From assembly GCF_009914755.1 (NCBI RefSeq), contig NC_060933.1: a stretch of 64,000 nucleotides of DNA; one strand, written 5' to 3'. The notes below the pieces were generated by a model, which was not told where the DNA came from, made no database searches, and saw nothing but the letters and a program-made list of their open reading frames with translations. Of this stretch, positions 61,243 to 64,000 are shown piece by piece; position 1 is the first letter of the stretch, and every line of letters starts with the position of its first letter. The position numbers and the translations under genes were made by a program. The stretch is from the human T2T-CHM13v2.0 reference genome, Homo sapiens.

Positions 61243-64000
61243 AAAACAGGTCTGTATTTGCTATTGAAGTAAATTAAAGTCGATGTAAAGAAATGTGGGG
61301 GAATGGGGAGAGGTTAGAACCTTAAACAGGGTAGAAAACCATAACAAGTATCGCTGCAGTGGAGAGCTCCACAGAGTTTTTCATTTAACCTGAGGACTTA
61401 AAAGTTCCTTATACCAGCCATTGGCATGCACAGCCATTCACGTAACGTTGATGTCCACACACTCTGGCCAACGGGCTCCTTCCGCAGCCGTGGCAAAGGC
61501 TTTTCTCCGTAAATAAACCTGAAGTTGCTTCTTTTAGCCACTGAACTCGGCATTGCTCGTGGGAGTTGGGGGCTCAGGGAGAAGTGGTGCCTGGAGCCAG
61601 AACGACTGGCTGTCACTCTTGGACTCTGCAGGTTTGGCCCTGGAGTGGGCTGTGTTCCCTGGGTCGGGATGAGTTTGATTTTGTGCCTTCCATTTATAAC
61701 AGGTCTGGCTGCCCTTAGTGAGGGGCTTGGGGGTGGAGAAGTCTCTGCTCAGAAATTTGCTTTGCTCACTGTAAACCTTTGTGTTTTATACCATTAAACC
61801 AAAAAAAAAAAAAAAATAGAGTAAATACAAGTGGGAGACTGCTTTCAGGTTCAGGGGCACAGACCTTTGACCGTGCCTCCCGCTCGTCCAGAACATCTCC
61901 CCAGGCTCGCCCACGATTCCCAGACAGGGTGGAGAGCCTGGCATCCAGGGAGAGGCTGCTCTGTGCTGGGCAGGTGCTTCCCTTCAGGATCCCTCTGCAC
62001 CACGTGGGAGGAAGGGGGGTCCACCCATTTACGGAAGTCTGGACTCAAGAAGTTAAGTGACTGGCCAGATTCCCACAGCAGCAACCCAGAGCTGAACAGG
62101 GGTCTGAGTGTGACCCTGGCTGAATACATGACCGTCTTCATCTACTGAAGAGTGGTCCCAACTTGAAGGGAAATAGAAGTGTGAGCCCTGAGGCAGCACT
62201 GTCCTGTCCTTCCAGAACTGCAGCCAGTGTCCCTCCTGCCAGCGTTAACTGTCCTCACCATGCCCTGCCTGAGGGATGTTTCTGAATCGAAGCCGAAGCA
62301 CAGTTGCCACCATTCGGCTTCAGGGACGGTCACCCTCCAACAAACCGTGTGACCCTGTGTATTCTGAGCATGGAGGTTAGGGACATGGGCAGCCACAGGG
62401 AGCTCCCCAGAGCTAGCCAAGCAGAGCTGCCTCCACCCCCACAAGGACACAGATGGCCTGGCCTAGGAGCTGCCCAGCACTGATTGACAAACAGGGTGTC
62501 ACTTGGTTGTGGGTGGGTGTCCCTCAGCCCCCAGCATCCTGAGGAGCCCCAGGGAGCATGCGCTCCTGGGCCCGGACAGCCAGGCTGCCCTGGAGAACTG
62601 GAAGGGGAATGAGCCCATTCAGATGCCGGTGTCTGCAGGGACCCTCATGGGCTGTGTAGGCAGTGGACAGGACACAGCCTCCCAGTGTGGATGCCTGGGG
62701 TAGGGGACAAATTTGCTGTATAGGCTTGGCCCTGGGGCATGTTCCCAGGCCCCCTCACCCCAAAGTGGAACACAGGCCTGCTCATCCCAGCCCAGCGCGC
62801 CACACAGCGCGGCAGTCAGGGCACCTGGCAGCTGGTGGAGCGTGGTTAGATGTAGCTGCCCTGCTCTTCACCAGGGTCTCCCCAAGAGTCGTGGTACCTG
62901 ATGCACTTGGGTGAAATTTCATGAAAAATGCCCAAGGACGGTCATGTTTTAAAGTTAGAATCAGTGGATGCGCCATTGAGCAAATTTTGAAGGAAAGGAT
63001 CTGTGGAAAGACAGAAAACCTCTCACGATTCAGACATGCTCCATGATGGCGCGGGTGGCTGAAAGTGAAGGAAGCCGTGATTCATAGAGAAATTCCAACT
63101 CAAACGCCGTCACCCTGCTGGCTCCCCATGACAGAGCAGTGGCCTTCTGCCTGGCCATCTTCCAGCAGCCATGTGCTCCTGCCACCTCCGTCACCTCGCA
63201 CCCAGAGCAGGGGCTTTGCTGTCCTCCCAGGGCCCGCATACATGAGTCCCAGGCATGAGGAAGTGAATTTTTACCTCATCGTCCCTCAGCCAGGGAGGTG
63301 ACCAGGGGCTGGTCAGTGGCAGCCTCGTGGCCACCGTGGGCAGTTTTCTTGTCCCGGCCCCACCTGTCCGTGCCTTGTCCCCTCCCCTCCAGTTTGGCTC
63401 TGCAGGAGGGCAGTGGGTGACCCGGTGGGGCTGTTGTCCCAGTGAAGCCCTTACGGTTCTCCAGACAAAAGGCTGTCTGTGTCCCAGAGCCTGGAAAGTG
63501 TAATTTCGCAGCCAGCGCCCATGATGAAGCATCTTCTCTGGGCGTGAGGAGATGGGTGTATAAATATTCTCTGTCTCTGCCGCTCTTTATTTCCCTGGTA
63601 AGCAGTTGCCCCATTTCTCTAGCTGATGGATTCCCCATCGCAACCAGGGTGGGAGCTGCCTGGCTCTGCAGTCCAGGCGGGAGCTTCTAAAATAATCCTC
63701 ATGTCTTGATTACCTGTGTATCCTCCCTCCCCACCCACGGTCCCGCCCTGGCATCCGTGGAAGACCTCACCATCCCGGTCAGGAGGCAGCAGCCTTGGGT
63801 GTAGGTTTCATGCTGTGTGCTTAACTACCCGCAAGCCTTGTGAGAACAGGAGTGAACCATTCCTGTAATGACAGGGCACCGGGCAGTGGAGAAGTCCGGA
63901 GCGACTTCCAGCCCCATGCGGAGCCGTTTCTATCAGCTGCCAACCTCAGCAGAAACCACAGTGCTCCCCGTTCCCTTCCAGGAGTGCCACCATCAAAACC

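Larger units (their letters stand above)
57814..64000 (+). other. MVB12B: MVB12B intron (terminal exon not reached in the window)
   Basis: Begins GTAAGC; the expected continuation (YEYSF..., recalled) is not seen before 64000. Confidence 0.8.

Overview
Human (primate) genomic DNA, shown by Alu, MIR, L1, L2 and MaLR repeats. The window lies inside the MVB12B (FAM125B, ESCRT-I subunit) gene on the + strand. Two short coding exons are visible: 55150-55205 (...AMDGVPFMISEKFSCVPES) and 57754-57813 (MQPFDLLGITIKSLAEIEKE). They join in frame and match the C-terminal UMA region as I recall it, so about 55 kb is one large intron. MVB12B sits between the developmental regulators PBX3 and LMX1B on 9q33.3. 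The intron holds several repeat-free AT-rich blocks rich in POU-octamer, TAAT/TAATTA and TGACAG motifs that look like conserved long-range enhancers. The most interesting unexplained structures are: a ~350-bp-arm inverted duplication of mostly non-Alu DNA (43702-44856), a 31-copy 30-bp VNTR with a TGAGGTCA motif in nearly every unit just downstream of a coding exon, a candidate in-frame 39-nt cassette exon (25553-25591), a perfect 21-bp hairpin (16330-16379), and a CpG-rich intronic element with a near-perfect RFX X-box overlapping a Kozak ATG. No prokaryotic system, CRISPR array, tRNA or rRNA is present. Almost all ORFs in the supplied track are spurious. Repeat subfamily calls are from recalled consensus sequences, and boundaries of old repeats are approximate.
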